A DNA stretch of 63,891 nt, the filler included, from Nemertoderma westbladi (Eukaryota; Animalia; Xenacoelomorpha): assembly GCA_032718475.1 (NCBI GenBank). It is 3 parts of 3 records of this genome, joined end to end, with 100 filler letters (N's around TTAATTAATTAA, not from the genome) between each part and the next. Parts side by side here need not be neighbours in the genome. Positions count along the whole stretch, not along the records: positions 56,198 to 63,891 come from JAUCBJ010004301.1; 2 more parts are not named here. The stretch is one strand, 5' to 3'. Shown here one piece after another: positions 61,900 to 63,891 of the stretch (its first letter is position 1; every line of letters starts with the position of its first letter). The position numbers and the translations under genes were made by a program. Below the pieces are notes generated by a model. That model was not told the DNA's origin. It did not search any database and saw only the letters and a list, made by a program, of their open reading frames with translations.

Positions 61900-63891
61900 G
61901 CAATATGCCATCAGTTACCACTACAGGTTCAAAATAATTTAGCCTTTCTTTTCGACTTGACACAACTGAAAGATCTTTCAGATATAAGATGCGATATGAA
62001 TGGCACATATGCTATACAGCTCAGGTCATGCTATTGGACTATTGATGTGGCTCGGACACAGGATAGCAAATTAATTGATATTAATTTGAGAAAATCGAAA
62101 TTAGAAATAACATCAAAAGATATGTACCATATATATATTAATTCTCGAAAGAACTACGCTGGACTCTCTCGATCGTTTTTTTTATTTATTGGACAAAACT
62201 GGTAAAATATATAACAACATAGCCTTGCTACAGTACAACATTTCTTCAGATATGGGCGTAGGAATTAGTGAAGTTCAATTAGTCAAGGCTCCCCATAGAA
62301 ATCGCAAACATGGTCAAATTCCATTTTACCCGTTAAATAAATCGCTGATTAACTCACTGAAGGATAAAGTCATGGATACTCCATCCAGCTTAGCTTTCAA
62401 ACAGGCGATGGAAAGTGGTGGTGGGGTTGCGGGCGCACGAACTCCTGCTGAAATTCCTAGATCGCGGCACCAGTTATATAATCTTAAATGTACATCAGCC
62501 GTGAATAAGCTTGATGATGTTGAGGAACTTCTGCTTTATGCGAAACAAAGTGATGATATGAAAATCATCCATCATAGCGACATACCTGAAGATATATATA
62601 TGGGTGTTGGGTACACCTTACATGTGCAATGACCTAGACAGATTCTGCTGCTCTAGTGTGGACTCAAATTGTTTTTCGGTGGACCCTACATTTAATTTTG
62701 GATCATTCGAGGTCACACCCTTTTCATACCGCCATACCTTTATGAGGTGCCACCTGTATTTCTAGGTCCTATGGCAATCCATTATAGTAAATTGGAGCCT
62801 ACTTATTCACGAATTGTTGGTGCTGTAACGGAGAAATGTCTCAATTCAAAGGTAAACTGCAAAGGGTTTATAACTGATGGTGAAACAGCATTGTATCAGG
62901 CTCTGCGCTGCCACCTTCCATCCACGCAGCATCTTCGCTGTTCCAGACATTTTCAGGAAAATTGCATATCCAATTTGAGGGAAATTGGTATAAATAAGAA
63001 AAAGCAGATTGAATTTCTTAACTTGGTATATGAGCAAAAGACTGGGCTTCTAGACTCAGAAGATCGCGATGAGCTGGAGGAAAGAATGCAGTCAATTAAG
63101 CCCATGTTGGATAATTTGGAAGCCATTGTTCTGGGTAAAGAACAACCGTATAAATCTAAATTTTGGACATACCTGGAAAAGCACAAGACAATGATAGCGG
63201 AATTTTCTCTCTCCAAAGTCGTCGACTGGCAGGATTGCCTAACTCCAAATCAGATGGATTTCCACTCAGACCCTACACTAATCAATCGGAATGTGTCAAT
63301 AGTAAACTGACTAAACAAAAGGAATCAATTATCAACAAACCTAAGTCAAAGGAAAACTTTACGATGTTATCTTTTGTGAAAGATGTTTGGGAAGTAGTTG
63401 AAAAGTTGCAAGTCTCTGAGATGGAAATGGCGATTTGTGGTCTCAGTGAGGAATATTGTCTTGCAGATGCTGCTGCTCACTTGTTAGTCGATCCAGATGT
63501 TTGGTTCTCATGGTCGCCTGATGACCGAGCACAGTCATTGGCATTGTCATTGGCAGAAGTGTATGCAGGGAAAGATAATGCTTAGTTGTGATAAAGCTGA
63601 TATCGTTGAAGTAAAGGAGTTTTCTTTTCCTATAATACGCGAATTGGCTATACTTGATACAATTTCCACCGATCTTCTTGAAGTTATTGTGAAAGAAGGC
63701 GAGGTGCTGCTAAATTCTAAAAACGCAATTTCAAAGAAGCCTACTCTTAATGATCAGCAGCAAACTACATATTCAGTTGCAACTAAAACTTGTAAGCGGA
63801 ACTTGTACGAATGTAAAGTTTTTAAAGATTACGTAAATTGCAGCTGCACTGTATATAAATTCAACTCAATATGCAAACATAGTTTGTGTGT
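61900..63891 (+). pseudogene. Mutator-like (MULE) transposase with SWIM finger, frameshifted; runs off the window end
   Basis: VDPTFNFG (about 62680), PVFLGPMAIH, FITDGETAL, HLRCSRHF (CxxH), TNQSECVN and terminal CSC...ICKHSL (SWIM), spread over several frames. Confidence 0.8.

Overview
AT-rich, repeat-dense animal (probably invertebrate) genomic DNA in three segments joined by two N-gaps carrying an artificial TTAATTAATTAA linker. There are four host genes. (1) A compact two-exon anion-type Cys-loop ligand-gated channel (minus strand, about 347 aa). (2) A multi-exon plus-strand gene resembling SORBS/CAP adaptors, with a 5.4-kb giant exon carrying 15 GREMYRY repeats and ending in the start of an SH3 domain. 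(3) An intronless MRPS10, apparently inside an intron of that gene. (4) Two exons of a melatonin-receptor-like class A GPCR. Mobile DNA includes an RTE-X-like LINE, a truncated CsRn1-type Gypsy element, an RTE fragment split by a TTAA MITE, a Mutator MITE, a decayed MULE/SWIM transposase, a hAT remnant, a foldback-like element and tRNA-derived SINEs. The most unusual observation is that two satellites (42 bp and 59/60 bp) start exactly at exon/5'-splice-site junctions of the same gene. The 42-bp array reads as 21-nt frame-preserving micro-exons alternating with GTAAGT...TACTAAC-AG spacers. All gene models are manual inferences from splice signals and reading frame, and family calls come from recognised motifs, not database searches.
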